From IMG/VR virus record IMGVR_UViG_3300017917_002938, positions 32,001-96,000 of that record: a stretch of 64,000 nucleotides of DNA; one strand, written 5' to 3'. Positions within the stretch are counted from its first letter, which is position 1; the number at the start of each line of letters is the position of its first letter. A program made the translations under genes and the position numbers. The stretch is from a virus. Shown in pieces: positions 1-10,825 of this stretch. The notes beneath the pieces are model-generated. The model saw nothing but the letters and a program-made list of their open reading frames with translations, was not told the origin of the DNA and did no database searches.

Positions 1-541
1 GCTGACTGACAAATTGTACAGAGTCAGAATTTGAAAACCCTGTACCTCCGTTATCTACGTCTACACCGAAAATAATATCGGCATCACTATAAACTGTCAG
101 AACATCAGTATTACTGAATGACGAAAGATTTCCTGTGTTACCAGAGTTTAGATAGCGAAGATAAAGGTAGTTGGTATCTGGGTCACGAGAAGAGAATCCG
201 GTTTTGTAATTAATTACCCTTGCAACAAGATTAGCAGCATTTCGTACATTGAGATCTAGATATCCAGGCAGGTCTACTGGCTGGTTATCTAGCTGAACGT
301 CTTGTAGTTTTACATAGTCATATTTTTCAATAAATTGAAAATTACAACCGCTGATGATCGTACCGCTTTTGAATACATGATCACCAAAGCGCTCTATCTG
401 GTTTTGGAGGATAGTCTGTAATTGAGTTAACTCACGAGTTTGTACAGACACGCCAGGACGAAAAAGAACTTTATAATAGTTTTTATCCTGGTCAAAATCG
501 TCATGATATGGTGTAATGTTTAAATTTGTCTCTATAGGCAT
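1..541 (-). CDS. Virion structural protein (DUF4815/VrlC-like), N-terminal part; runs off the window
   Basis: ATG at 541 after GAGG RBS; reads MPIETNLNITPYHDDFDQDKNYYKVLFRPGVSVQTRELTQLQTILQNQIERFGDHVFKSG, typical of the large T4-like structural protein after gp8; absent from ORF track because truncated. Confidence 0.8.
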   Translation of the reverse strand, partial: MPIETNLNITPYHDDFDQDKNYYKVLFRPGVSVQTRELTQLQTILQNQIERFGDHVFKSGTIISGCNFQFIEKYDYVKLQDVQLDNQPVDLPGYLDLNVRNAANLVARVINYKTGFSSRDPDTNYLYLRYLNSGNTGNLSSFSNTDVLTVYSDADIIFGVDVDNGGTGFSNSDSVQFVSQ

Positions 542-550
542 TGTAACCTC

Positions 551-2557
551 TTAAAACTCCAAAACTAGTCTGATAGTTTCTGATTGACTTCCGTTTCTGG
601 TAATGGGATCGCCGTGCTCCGCGTACAGCAAGTCTCCTGTACCGGTAACTATATCTGAAGTATATGATGATAAGATATTTGCTGTAGCACCGCTATCTTG
701 TCCTGTAAGTGTATATATCGAGCCAGAATTGAAAGTTCCGTTAACTTGTGTCAAGCATACCAATGTACTATTAGCAGAATGCATAAAGCCGTTTGCATTT
801 GTAGTAGATTGATATATTGGCTCATCATTAGCGAAAGTTCCAGACAGGTTTGAAATATAAATTCTTGTTCTATTATCGAACGTATTCCAGTTATTATAGG
901 ATTTAGTAGGTTCACCTACATTTATGGCTGTTATTAATCCAGTAGCACCCGTTTCTTCACCGATGATTAGTTCACCAGTAGTAAATTTAGGTGTGGCATC
1001 AGTTACGTAAAGAACACCGCCTGAATAACCTGTTCTAACTGCTTGTGCAGTAATCGTGGCTAATGCAAATTTAGCATTAGTACAAGCAAATCCTACGTTT
1101 GAAGATATTTGTATGACTGAAGAATTAACAAAACTTACTTGTTTTATTCTTTGAACATTATTTGTAGTATCATATATGTAGATGTAATCACCAACTCTAA
1201 CGCTATTAGAAAAATCGGTACTTACACCTGCTGAATTAGAAAACGAGTTAGATGATGTTGTAACTGATACTTCACCGTGTAATCTGCTATATTTAAATTG
1301 GTAAATAATCTCGTCGCTTGCGGTGGAACCTTTTTCGTCTGTAAGAGAAATTTGTACATTATCAAATAAAGGATCTTTCAGTATTTGTATTTTTCTGTAA
1401 TCATTTACTACAGGTAAATAACCTGACTCATCTGTGTTATATTTTACACTTAAACCTATTCTCTTACAACCAAGTTCTTTTGCTGGATTAGTTCCATGTC
1501 CCCCTGATGGAGATATGAAAGGTATTAGTACTGCAGCATTAGAAGCAGCGTTTACTGAGCCCGTATTACCCGCAACAACCGCAGTAGCATAGGAATAATT
1601 ACTTCCTACATTCACCATTACTACGCTATTGATAGGGTAAAGAGTTCCTGATGCTGTATTAACAGTAGCATAAGCTAGTGCACCAGTTCCGTCTCCAGTA
1701 ATAACAACTTTTGGTCTAATAATATATTGAGTTGTAGCGTCAGGGGTAACTGTAAACGCACTATCAATTACCGCAATTCGATCTGTAGTATAATCTACTA
1801 ATGTTCTATATTGACCTGCCCCGGTTCCAGCCACGGTAATTATAACGCTACCAGTATAAAAATCTGCGTTTGAAGATCCTTGAGAGGATAATCTGTAGGT
1901 TGTATTGTTTGATACTCTTATGTCTGCACTACTAAAAGTACCATCAAGGCTTGAAATATAATTAGAACCGTTGGATGTTATTCCTACTACGGTGATAGCA
2001 CCATCTACCGCAGCCGCAGATACTGCCGTATTAGTGTACACCGGCATGTGATTAGAAGTAGCAAACTTCTCAAACGTTGCTTCTGGTACTTGATATAAAA
2101 ACTTCCACTTATATCCATCAACAGTAATAAAACTATCCGCAGAGGTATCAGTGTCGGTAGGTGCTGCGGTTGAAGTGCCGCCAAAATTATTATCTAAACA
2201 TTTATATACATTATAGACAGCACCATTTTTATGCACTACATAATACTGCTTTGTAAGAAGATCAGTATCGGTATGATTGTATCTTGCGTATACGGTGTTA
2301 GACGTCCAGGTGTATCTGTCAATCATATACGCAACATCATTAGACGTTATTTTTTTACCAAATATAATTTCTTGATAGGGATCAATCTCCACGTCTTTAA
2401 CGCTCTCGGTAGGACTGGGTACCTGGTCGTCTCCCCCGTCGTACTCTGTAGATCTTGATGCAACAAGATAGTACACGTTGTTGGCCGGCTCTGTAATAGA
2501 TTCAACCAATTGATCTACAACGTGTCTTCTAAAGTTTCTTAATACTATTTTTCCCAT
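551..2557 (-). CDS. Baseplate wedge subunit (T4 gp8-like)
   Basis: YNVYKCLDNN and DGYKWKFLY motifs, C-terminal ETIRLVLEF; synteny after gp6/gp7. Confidence 0.8.
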   Translation of the reverse strand: MGKIVLRNFRRHVVDQLVESITEPANNVYYLVASRSTEYDGGDDQVPSPTESVKDVEIDPYQEIIFGKKITSNDVAYMIDRYTWTSNTVYARYNHTDTDLLTKQYYVVHKNGAVYNVYKCLDNNFGGTSTAAPTDTDTSADSFITVDGYKWKFLYQVPEATFEKFATSNHMPVYTNTAVSAAAVDGAITVVGITSNGSNYISSLDGTFSSADIRVSNNTTYRLSSQGSSNADFYTGSVIITVAGTGAGQYRTLVDYTTDRIAVIDSAFTVTPDATTQYIIRPKVVITGDGTGALAYATVNTASGTLYPINSVVMVNVGSNYSYATAVVAGNTGSVNAASNAAVLIPFISPSGGHGTNPAKELGCKRIGLSVKYNTDESGYLPVVNDYRKIQILKDPLFDNVQISLTDEKGSTASDEIIYQFKYSRLHGEVSVTTSSNSFSNSAGVSTDFSNSVRVGDYIYIYDTTNNVQRIKQVSFVNSSVIQISSNVGFACTNAKFALATITAQAVRTGYSGGVLYVTDATPKFTTGELIIGEETGATGLITAINVGEPTKSYNNWNTFDNRTRIYISNLSGTFANDEPIYQSTTNANGFMHSANSTLVCLTQVNGTFNSGSIYTLTGQDSGATANILSSYTSDIVTGTGDLLYAEHGDPITRNGSQSETIRLVLEF

Positions 2558-2587
2558 ATCTTCATCCGAAAATATTATTTATTATGC

Positions 2588-5500
2588 TTAGCTAACAGTG
2601 ATGCTTGAGTTTGATGGATTTTCTACTGTTATATCTATTGTCTCAACGCTTGTCTTCAGCACACCACCAAAATATTGAGTTCCAGCTACATGAAGAACTT
2701 CTCTTAAGACATCTCTATATGTTTCTATAGGGATTGCACTTTGCACTTCATAAGAGTATTCTTGGTAATAACTACCATCAAACAATTTTTTTGTATCGCT
2801 TAAAAAACCGTCAGTAGAAAGATACCTACCTTCGCCTACACCCTGATTAAGAATGTTCGTTTTAGCGGTAGCAGAGAATCCTTGACGGTTAGTAAATGAA
2901 ACAGTTTCATCTTGAATGTAGCCTAAACCAGAATCAATAATCTCTACATTAGTTACTGCTCCATTGGCTGAAATAACTCTGGCATCAATGAATGCATTTT
3001 CACCCATAGCCTGTGAACCTGCCTCAACGGTAACACTTTGGGCATTAGCTACAGTGCCGGTTACTGAACCTATTAATTCTTTACCTACAACAAAATCTTT
3101 AAATAGAGACTGTCTTCTAACTAATAACCATCCTCTTGGATTAGTGTTACTTATTGGTGTCGGAGTAGCAGATTTTATAAACCCTCTTACAGACGTTGTA
3201 AGTGATATATTGGTTACTGATCCGTTAGCCAATTGTTTACTTGTAATAGTTCTGAAAGCACCATTTGAAAACACACCGCTAATTGGATCAATCAAAACAG
3301 TATAGGTGTTAAGATCTACATCATAAGAAGCTGCATTCACTACACCATATACAGATGTATTAGTTAATGAGTAAACATACTCACCAGGAATAGGAAGTGA
3401 GGGCATCGTGTTTGACGTAAATACAGCGTCTGTATATACGGTTAGATCCTCACCTATTCCTTTAAGAGTTACAGCAATATTAGCACTGCTTCCAGAACCG
3501 GTTACTGTTACTGACGGGGTAGATGTATAATAGTTTCCTGTATTCGACAGAGCAACGCTAGTAATAGTGCCGTTAGCAGCCGTTGTAACGGTACCGTTTG
3601 CGTTTATGCCGCCACCGCCACTGAACGCTAATACATCACCATTAGTATAACCGGTACCTCCATTGTTAATAACAACGTTCGAACTTAATATACGACTCAC
3701 TGTATAGGAAGGTATTGTAGTGTATCCTGAGCCATTGGCTGATATGGTAACTGCAGTAATAGTTCCATTAGCATTAGTAGTGATGTATGCGTTAGCCCCT
3801 GAGCCTGTTCCGGTAAATACTACAAGCTCATTATTAGTATAACTGGCTCCACCGTTCTCTATTCTTACTGCTCTTATTTTATTTGTATCTGCGGCGTCAC
3901 CTTTAATTACAACCGAGGCTGCATTTGTAATACCTACTCCCCTGTTATTATATACTAAACTTGTGATGGTTCCGTTAGAGTTAGTAACAACCGAAACGTT
4001 CGCTTTAGCTATACTACCTGTTATAGTACTAGTAAACGCAGCATTAATGAAGAAGAGACCCGTTCCATAAACTGTATTACGGAATTGATGACTTGTATTG
4101 AGTGCTGTTCCATTAGTGTATCCCCAGCCTCCGTCACTTATAGTTATAGTATTTAATTGATTATTTCCATAATAATTACCTCCGTTGGAAGTTATAGGGA
4201 GTGCATTAGTAGTTAAACTGTATCTAGTACCTGTAGTCGATTGTATAACGGCTTCACCTCGTCTGAATAGACCGGGAGTACCATCATACTCTATGTACAC
4301 ATCCTGTTTATTATACGACGCTACTAAAGGTTCATAGGGGTACACGAACGGATCAATGTTGTAATTTTCACCCGGGTTAATACTAGTAAGAGAAGCAATA
4401 GAACCTATCGAGATATTACGGGAGTCTAACAAATCATTAAGAAGAGTTTTTAAGTGTCCTGTTTGATTTCCTGCAAACCCGTATGGGAATAAAGCTATTA
4501 CGTTAGCACCAGAGCCGCCGGATAAAGTTATTGTTGGATCAGATGAATATCCTTCTCCAGTATCAACTGGCACTATTACTTCAATAGTGCCTGAGTTATT
4601 AGTTACAATTTGTAAATTAGCGACAGATGATGGAGATCCTCCTGTGGTAGATGTGTATCCGTTTGTATACCCTGTACCACCATTAGCTACCAATACATCT
4701 AAAATATTACCAAATGTAGCATTCGCACCGGTTAATTTTACACTCATGAAAGGAACCGATAAAGTACCTAGACCGTCATTATTACCAGCCAATCTATCAG
4801 AAGTAACTGTAACAGTTTCAGCATTCTCAATAAAACCAATCTGGGCATTAGCAGTTTGTCCACTATAGATATTAGTTATTTCTACTTCTATGTCTGATTC
4901 ATCACCCTTCAATCTACTACCTACTCCGTAATAAAAAGTATTGCTTATGTCTATTAACCCTAGATGGCCACCACCAAACCCATATTGGCCTGCTGTCCAA
5001 CTAGTATGAACGTTAGAGCCCATCACATTACCTGATGCTGTTACGCTAGAATAGGAATTAATGTATCCACCAATATTAGAAGATGCTTTTATAGTACCAC
5101 TCACAAATCCAGATGTACTAATTATAGTATTAGATTCATTAAAAGAATTGCCGCTAGTGTTTGTTATTCTTAATCGTTTAGTGCTGGTAATGAAAGTGGG
5201 ATTGGCATTTCCAAGATAGAAGGTAACGTTTGCAACGTTAGAAAAAGCTGATATACCGGACAAGTTGCTAAATGTTCCTTGAACATTTGCAAGTACCACA
5301 TAGCTTACATTTGACTGATTAAAATTAGATTTCCAAGGCACACCTACAATATATCCGTTAGCAGTCGACCCTTGTCTTACAAACTGACCAGGAGCAAAAC
5401 CACCGGCTATAGATCCAGTATCTAATTCTACTACTACAGTATCTGTGACACTTTCAATTATACCAGTGGTAACGTTAGCAGAACCATTACTCTGTACAAC

Positions 5501-6871
5501 ACTCTCACCACTTATGAAGGTGTTAGATGTATTGACATTTACATCTACGTAATGAATTTCTGGGAAATACAGATACGTATTAGCCAGCATGTCCCCAGTA
5601 GTAGTATTAAAAATAATATTAGCTGTATTACTAGTGCTTCCAACGGTAGAAAATACCATAGAATTACCGGATAAATTAGCTGTGTATAATCTTCCTGTAT
5701 TAGGAAATGGTCCAATAACTGTATGTACTTGAGCGCTTGTTAGATTTTGAGTTACTTTTTCAAATCTTAAAAATGTGTTTGAGGTCGAACTCAACTTTGA
5801 TATCTGCATCACTTTATCAGATATAATTATTTGTGCTGAGTTAGAATATCCAGACCCTCCCCCCGGTGTAACTATAGGTTCACCTAATACTCTACCTCGC
5901 GTAACCCATTTAAAAAAACTTGAACTTGTTGAAATAGTATTGTACAGTATGTTATATAAACCTACCGTAGTTCCATCACCGTATAAAAATACATTGCTGG
6001 TGGGTTGGAATGTAGGGGGAACTAACCTGTAAGTTGAAGCAAGATCCGAAACAATATCCGTTATGGCAAAGTCAACTACTCCTGTTGTACTCTCTATACC
6101 AGTAATCCTTGCTTTACCTCTTATACCAAAATCAGAAACTATATCAACTATTTCACCCTCTTCAAACCCTCTTCCTCCTGTTGTTATATTCATGGAGGTT
6201 AACGACCCGGTTATTCTTGGAGCATTTGCTACTAACCCGTTTTCGGTAATAATATCACCGTATTGAAAATTTCCTCTGACATTACTTAAATAAAGAACAT
6301 CAATCATTCTACCGTTTACTACTCGAGTAATAATTTGTTCTATGAAAGCCTTAGCGCCAGACTTACTACCAGTTATTTCTTTGTTTAACAGCGAAGGAGT
6401 TCTACTAGAGCGCGTAACCTCTAGATATTTTGGCAGATACCATTTTCCTGACGATGCTCTTAAAATATCTCTACTAGGAAGATATACTTGTACAGTCTCT
6501 CCATACAACAATCTAAAAATTAAATCAAGAGATCTTTCACTACCTTTACTTCTGTAAAGGTCTTGAGCTGCTTTGAGTAGAAACTTTTTATTTGTTTGCG
6601 TTACGAACTGAATATTTTTAAGATATTTTTGATAGAAATATACTAAAAATTCATCTAGAGTCTTGTCAATGTCTCTGTTGTCAAGTAAATTTCTTGAGTA
6701 CGCCATGACGTACCCTCCATCCTTGACGGTACCATTATCAGTATACGTACGAGTTTCTAGCCACTTGTAGTACTCTTCTGCAAATAGAAGAAATAAAGGT
6801 CCTTCCTCTTTATAAAAAGATGGAAATTGTCCCTGTACTAAAGGGGAAATATATTCTTCTATTGGTCTCAT
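2588..6871 (-). CDS. Baseplate wedge initiator (gp7-like) with repeated beta-rich NGGxGY modules
   Basis: N-terminal QFPSFYKEEGPLFLLFAEEYYKWLE, C-terminal DGSYYQEYSYEV...LHVAGT; position between gp6 and gp8. Confidence 0.75.
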   Translation of the reverse strand: MRPIEEYISPLVQGQFPSFYKEEGPLFLLFAEEYYKWLETRTYTDNGTVKDGGYVMAYSRNLLDNRDIDKTLDEFLVYFYQKYLKNIQFVTQTNKKFLLKAAQDLYRSKGSERSLDLIFRLLYGETVQVYLPSRDILRASSGKWYLPKYLEVTRSSRTPSLLNKEITGSKSGAKAFIEQIITRVVNGRMIDVLYLSNVRGNFQYGDIITENGLVANAPRITGSLTSMNITTGGRGFEEGEIVDIVSDFGIRGKARITGIESTTGVVDFAITDIVSDLASTYRLVPPTFQPTSNVFLYGDGTTVGLYNILYNTISTSSSFFKWVTRGRVLGEPIVTPGGGSGYSNSAQIIISDKVMQISKLSSTSNTFLRFEKVTQNLTSAQVHTVIGPFPNTGRLYTANLSGNSMVFSTVGSTSNTANIIFNTTTGDMLANTYLYFPEIHYVDVNVNTSNTFISGESVVQSNGSANVTTGIIESVTDTVVVELDTGSIAGGFAPGQFVRQGSTANGYIVGVPWKSNFNQSNVSYVVLANVQGTFSNLSGISAFSNVANVTFYLGNANPTFITSTKRLRITNTSGNSFNESNTIISTSGFVSGTIKASSNIGGYINSYSSVTASGNVMGSNVHTSWTAGQYGFGGGHLGLIDISNTFYYGVGSRLKGDESDIEVEITNIYSGQTANAQIGFIENAETVTVTSDRLAGNNDGLGTLSVPFMSVKLTGANATFGNILDVLVANGGTGYTNGYTSTTGGSPSSVANLQIVTNNSGTIEVIVPVDTGEGYSSDPTITLSGGSGANVIALFPYGFAGNQTGHLKTLLNDLLDSRNISIGSIASLTSINPGENYNIDPFVYPYEPLVASYNKQDVYIEYDGTPGLFRRGEAVIQSTTGTRYSLTTNALPITSNGGNYYGNNQLNTITISDGGWGYTNGTALNTSHQFRNTVYGTGLFFINAAFTSTITGSIAKANVSVVTNSNGTITSLVYNNRGVGITNAASVVIKGDAADTNKIRAVRIENGGASYTNNELVVFTGTGSGANAYITTNANGTITAVTISANGSGYTTIPSYTVSRILSSNVVINNGGTGYTNGDVLAFSGGGGINANGTVTTAANGTITSVALSNTGNYYTSTPSVTVTGSGSSANIAVTLKGIGEDLTVYTDAVFTSNTMPSLPIPGEYVYSLTNTSVYGVVNAASYDVDLNTYTVLIDPISGVFSNGAFRTITSKQLANGSVTNISLTTSVRGFIKSATPTPISNTNPRGWLLVRRQSLFKDFVVGKELIGSVTGTVANAQSVTVEAGSQAMGENAFIDARVISANGAVTNVEIIDSGLGYIQDETVSFTNRQGFSATAKTNILNQGVGEGRYLSTDGFLSDTKKLFDGSYYQEYSYEVQSAIPIETYRDVLREVLHVAGTQYFGGVLKTSVETIDITVENPSNSSITVS

Positions 6872-8664
6872 TATACTCTAATAGCCTCTACGTCTACTCT
6901 AATATCAATGTCTCTGATTTCCAGAATTACATTCTTGCTAGAAAAAATATCTTTTGTTACAGTATCAACAAATATTTTAATACCCTCACCATCGTAAGAT
7001 TGGATATTAAAATTATTAAGAATAATAGTACCTGTTCTATAATCTACAGTTCCAACAGTAGAAAGAACTTGATGGTTGTTTCCAACGGTAGTTACAATAT
7101 TAATATTACCCAACCCATCATCATTAAAATGACATGATCTATTATCGAAAGTAAAGCTAGTAGATGTAATAGAAGCTCTTTCGTTTTCTAAATTGAAAGG
7201 AGTAAGGTTATTGAAGGCGGATAATTCAAAACCAAAATTAACAACTATGTTATTAACTCTTCCTAACAAAGGGGTAATAATTTTAAAAGGTCTTATGAAG
7301 GTATCGTTACTGATAATACTAAAATGTGACTCATCAATATAGTTAGTAAGTCTACTATAACGAAGCGTCTTCTTAAAGTCAGATATATTGTCAGTGTTAT
7401 ATTGACTTATAGCAGACACAACCAACGTTTTAATATCATTGATCCTTAGATTTGTTTGTGTGACGTTATATCTTACCTTTGAATAAACATCAAGATATAA
7501 AAAGTCAGGATCTACGAATACTGGGTCTATAGAGAGAGGAGATCTTGGTTTGATAAAGTTATAAAATTCATCTACTAAACCTTGAGGTGTACCATCAGCG
7601 TTAGCAATATCAACGGAAATATAAACCTTACCGTATTGAGGGGGATCTAACTCTTCTCCACCAAAAGCTGCAATAGCATCTATTACAGGGAAGTTAGCTT
7701 TAAGTAAGTTTTCATAATCAGACGTGGTAATTGCTCTGTCTTGATTTTGGTAATAGCGAGGTGCGTTAAATTTTATAGATTCAATCGCTTCAGTAACAGC
7801 TCCGGAGCTAGCTGCTCGCACAGTACTGATTGCTGATATATTAGCTTGTCCTTGAATAGGTCCATCAATATCAAATACGTCGGTGCCATTAGGTAACTCT
7901 CCGTTACACACTCTGTACTCAACTAGAATAGTGGATCCATTTCGCGGTCTACGAGCAATAACATCATCACCAAATAGTAATTCAAATTGAGTATTTTCTG
8001 CACCCTGTAAAAAGTAAACTGTAGAGTTAGAATTTAAACCTAGAAAGCTCGTAGCGCGTGTGTATGGTACAACATTAGCACCATTATTTTCAATAATACT
8101 GACAACTATACTTCGTGTATCAACCGTTGGATTAGATAGTACAAATCGTTGGGTGTTGTTACTTGAGACGTATACAAAAGTTTCATATACGTAAGTACCT
8201 TCGTAAATTGTAAGGGAGTTAGCTTCGAAGTATCCATTACTGTTGAGACTTAACACTACGTTTTCTTCTGTAGAGAAGGTGTAAGAGTTAGATCCTACTC
8301 TAGTAGTAAAAGAGGTGCCGCGTGGAACTATCAATTGAGATATAGCGCTTGAAGGAGTAATGTTAAAGGATACTTGCGCTTCCGATGAGCGATAAGAGCG
8401 CGGTACGTAGTTTAATTCTTTAACGTGCGATAAAACACTGTCTCTTGTTTGAGCGGTATCCAAGAACATTTCTCTTGAAACCATATTAAGGTAAAACGAG
8501 TTGAGATAAGTGTTATACGCAAGAACGTCCAAGAGGACGTTCATGTTCGATCCTTCGTAGTCGTAATCCTTGAAAGGAGAATTAGAACGTTTTAAATATT
8601 CTTTTAAATTACTCTTGATCTCATCAAAATCAAGACTGGTTAGTGCGACGGATGTGTTAGCCAT
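6871..8664 (-). CDS. Baseplate wedge subunit (T4 gp6)
   Basis: LDFDEIKSNLK..DYDYEGS..LLDVLAYNT, QDRAITTSDY, PPQYGKVYISV. Confidence 0.92.
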   Translation of the reverse strand: MANTSVALTSLDFDEIKSNLKEYLKRSNSPFKDYDYEGSNMNVLLDVLAYNTYLNSFYLNMVSREMFLDTAQTRDSVLSHVKELNYVPRSYRSSEAQVSFNITPSSAISQLIVPRGTSFTTRVGSNSYTFSTEENVVLSLNSNGYFEANSLTIYEGTYVYETFVYVSSNNTQRFVLSNPTVDTRSIVVSIIENNGANVVPYTRATSFLGLNSNSTVYFLQGAENTQFELLFGDDVIARRPRNGSTILVEYRVCNGELPNGTDVFDIDGPIQGQANISAISTVRAASSGAVTEAIESIKFNAPRYYQNQDRAITTSDYENLLKANFPVIDAIAAFGGEELDPPQYGKVYISVDIANADGTPQGLVDEFYNFIKPRSPLSIDPVFVDPDFLYLDVYSKVRYNVTQTNLRINDIKTLVVSAISQYNTDNISDFKKTLRYSRLTNYIDESHFSIISNDTFIRPFKIITPLLGRVNNIVVNFGFELSAFNNLTPFNLENERASITSTSFTFDNRSCHFNDDGLGNINIVTTVGNNHQVLSTVGTVDYRTGTIILNNFNIQSYDGEGIKIFVDTVTKDIFSSKNVILEIRDIDIRVDVEAIRV

Positions 8665-9092
8665 TAACGTACCCTAGATAGTAATAGTTCCAGTACTACT
8701 GGATCTGTTCTGTTTACAACGCCAAAAACAATAGTTACAGAGTATGTATTCATCTCTGGAATAGCTGTTACGATGACCTCTATTAGATCAGCTCTTGGCT
8801 CATAGTTCTTTATAGTTGTTTCAACATAGGTACGAATCAAGCTTTCCGTTTCAGCACTTATGTTTTCAAATAATGTTCTGTTAATATCACTTCCCAGATC
8901 TGGTTGAAACAGTCTTTCACCAGGGTTGGTAAATAGTAGATTCTTTATAGACTGGGATACAGCATCCTCGTTACCAAAACCGTCAACATCTTTTAAATTA
9001 GGATGACGGTCAAAACTATTCCTCATATCAAAATACAATACATCTGCTTTTGATCTAGGTGAGTAGTAGGACGCTTTAGTTATGATTGCCAT
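8664..9092 (-). CDS. Baseplate wedge subunit (T4 gp25)
   Basis: AVSQSIKNLLFTNPGERLFQPDLGS...YEPR gp25 motif. Confidence 0.92.
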   Translation of the reverse strand: MAIITKASYYSPRSKADVLYFDMRNSFDRHPNLKDVDGFGNEDAVSQSIKNLLFTNPGERLFQPDLGSDINRTLFENISAETESLIRTYVETTIKNYEPRADLIEVIVTAIPEMNTYSVTIVFGVVNRTDPVVLELLLSRVR

Positions 9093-9093
9093 T

Positions 9094-10140
9094 TTATGCT
9101 CTAGCTTTTGCTGTTGGGGTATTTGTTATCACGCAAAATCTTATCGGTAATACAATTGCTAACCATTCAAGAGTGATACCAAGAAAGTTTAATAGGTTGA
9201 CTATGAATTCAAGAAACTTCTTAAGTATGTTTACTAAGAAGTTATTTAACCATGTTTTTATATCTGTAATTAACTTTACAAAATCAATGTTAGGAGCTAT
9301 AAGAGAGGGATTAATAGGTAGTTTCCAATCTATCGGGCGCCCAAATATTGGAAGACTTAAGAGTTTAATAGCTTCTACTAAATTGTGATATAACAGGCCT
9401 GCTTCTCCATATAACCTGTATGCTAGTTCTTTAACAGCACTTATTATTTGCTGTACGGTTAGACCACCAGTAGCTAGAATCTCAAGAACATAGCTAATTA
9501 CAGCATTAACAGCAGCATCCCATAACGCCTTTAAATCGAAACGCTTTGTTGCGGCAGCCCAGGCACCAATTAAAGTTTGTATTAAATCTATTATTTGTTT
9601 GATCTTTCTAATTATAGCTGATACTAACGAATCACATATTGCTTTTGTAAGATACCAAACTTCTTTACCCGCATCAATAATGTTGTCGAAAAATTTACGA
9701 GGTATACCTAAAAAATCTAGTATGCTGTTGAGAGCGGCTTTTCCGCTCTCAAATAATTCTTTTATTCTTTGAGCTAAAATTTTAATAAAGTCATATCTGA
9801 ATACATCTGATACTTTTAATTCTAGTACTGGCAGCGTTAAGTCAAGAAAACTACCACCAATAGCTTTCAACAGTGCAAGAAGTTTTTCAAATACTGCTTT
9901 CAATACATCTATTAAATTAATATTGAATAGTCTAGTAACTGCTTCTTTTATTTCTTCTAATGGATTTATAGTTCCATCTCTTCTACACTCCCATCCAATC
10001 AACGGAATATCAATTCCAATCACAGTAGTACCTGGCTGGTTAGGAGCCTTGGAAGCGATAACTTCATACAATGTTTGCATGCTTACTGCTTTAGTAGCAT
10101 CTAAAGTTATATCGCTAGTGACGTGTTGGACTTCAAGCAT
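9094..10140 (-). CDS. Hypothetical amphipathic-helical protein downstream of gp5
   Basis: 348-aa ORF overlapping the gp5 stop; Leu/Ile-rich helical composition. Confidence 0.6.
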   Translation of the reverse strand: MLEVQHVTSDITLDATKAVSMQTLYEVIASKAPNQPGTTVIGIDIPLIGWECRRDGTINPLEEIKEAVTRLFNINLIDVLKAVFEKLLALLKAIGGSFLDLTLPVLELKVSDVFRYDFIKILAQRIKELFESGKAALNSILDFLGIPRKFFDNIIDAGKEVWYLTKAICDSLVSAIIRKIKQIIDLIQTLIGAWAAATKRFDLKALWDAAVNAVISYVLEILATGGLTVQQIISAVKELAYRLYGEAGLLYHNLVEAIKLLSLPIFGRPIDWKLPINPSLIAPNIDFVKLITDIKTWLNNFLVNILKKFLEFIVNLLNFLGITLEWLAIVLPIRFCVITNTPTAKARA

Positions 10141-10825
10141 TTGGGTTAAGTAGTATTGTTCCTGCAGCCTGAATGGTTATATTACCCTCAGACTCTATTC
10201 TGACATCGCCTTTGACAAATACTGTTTTTGATCCTACAACCACCTCAATATCATCGTCAGCGACTTTTGTAACCATTCGGCCATCATTATTAATTTCTAC
10301 GTACGTCCCTGACTTATGATAAACGTGTATTCTTTCTTTATCGGGAGTATCATCAATTTCTATTACGTGTCCGCCTTCTGTTCGCATTACTTTATTGTAA
10401 GGATATTTAGCACCAAAAGCGGAACCTGGTTCAGGTCCTTCAAGCCTTTTGTCTATCTTGTTTATTCCTAACGCTTCGTAAGGTAGATCATTATGTTCGT
10501 CATTATTCTTACTATCTGAATTACCAGGTAAGGTCCCAATCACTACAGGGTAGTTACCGTTTTCTGCGTCCATAAAAAACCCAAAAACTATAGTTCCAAC
10601 AACCGCTCCTGTAGCAAATCCACCAGTTTTCTTTGACGCTGCATTTGTAATAGGTAAAAGAGGTACAGCCCAAGGTAAATTGTCTGTCGATACCTTGGTC
10701 TTTTCTATAGGATGCACATTATAAATGCGAACACGCATCCTTCCTAACTTAAGAGGGTCTTCTCTATCTTCTACCTCACCAATAAACCATCTGAACCCTT
10801 CACTGCCAGCGTATAATGCATGCAT
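10133..10825 (-). CDS. Baseplate central spike (gp5-like; OB-fold plus short beta-helix, no lysozyme domain)
   Basis: WFIGEVEDREDPLKLGRMRVR..LPWA and YPYNKVMRTEGGHVIEIDDTP..ERIHVYHKSGTYVEI. Confidence 0.9.
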   Translation of the reverse strand: MHALYAGSEGFRWFIGEVEDREDPLKLGRMRVRIYNVHPIEKTKVSTDNLPWAVPLLPITNAASKKTGGFATGAVVGTIVFGFFMDAENGNYPVVIGTLPGNSDSKNNDEHNDLPYEALGINKIDKRLEGPEPGSAFGAKYPYNKVMRTEGGHVIEIDDTPDKERIHVYHKSGTYVEINNDGRMVTKVADDDIEVVVGSKTVFVKGDVRIESEGNITIQAAGTILLNPNA

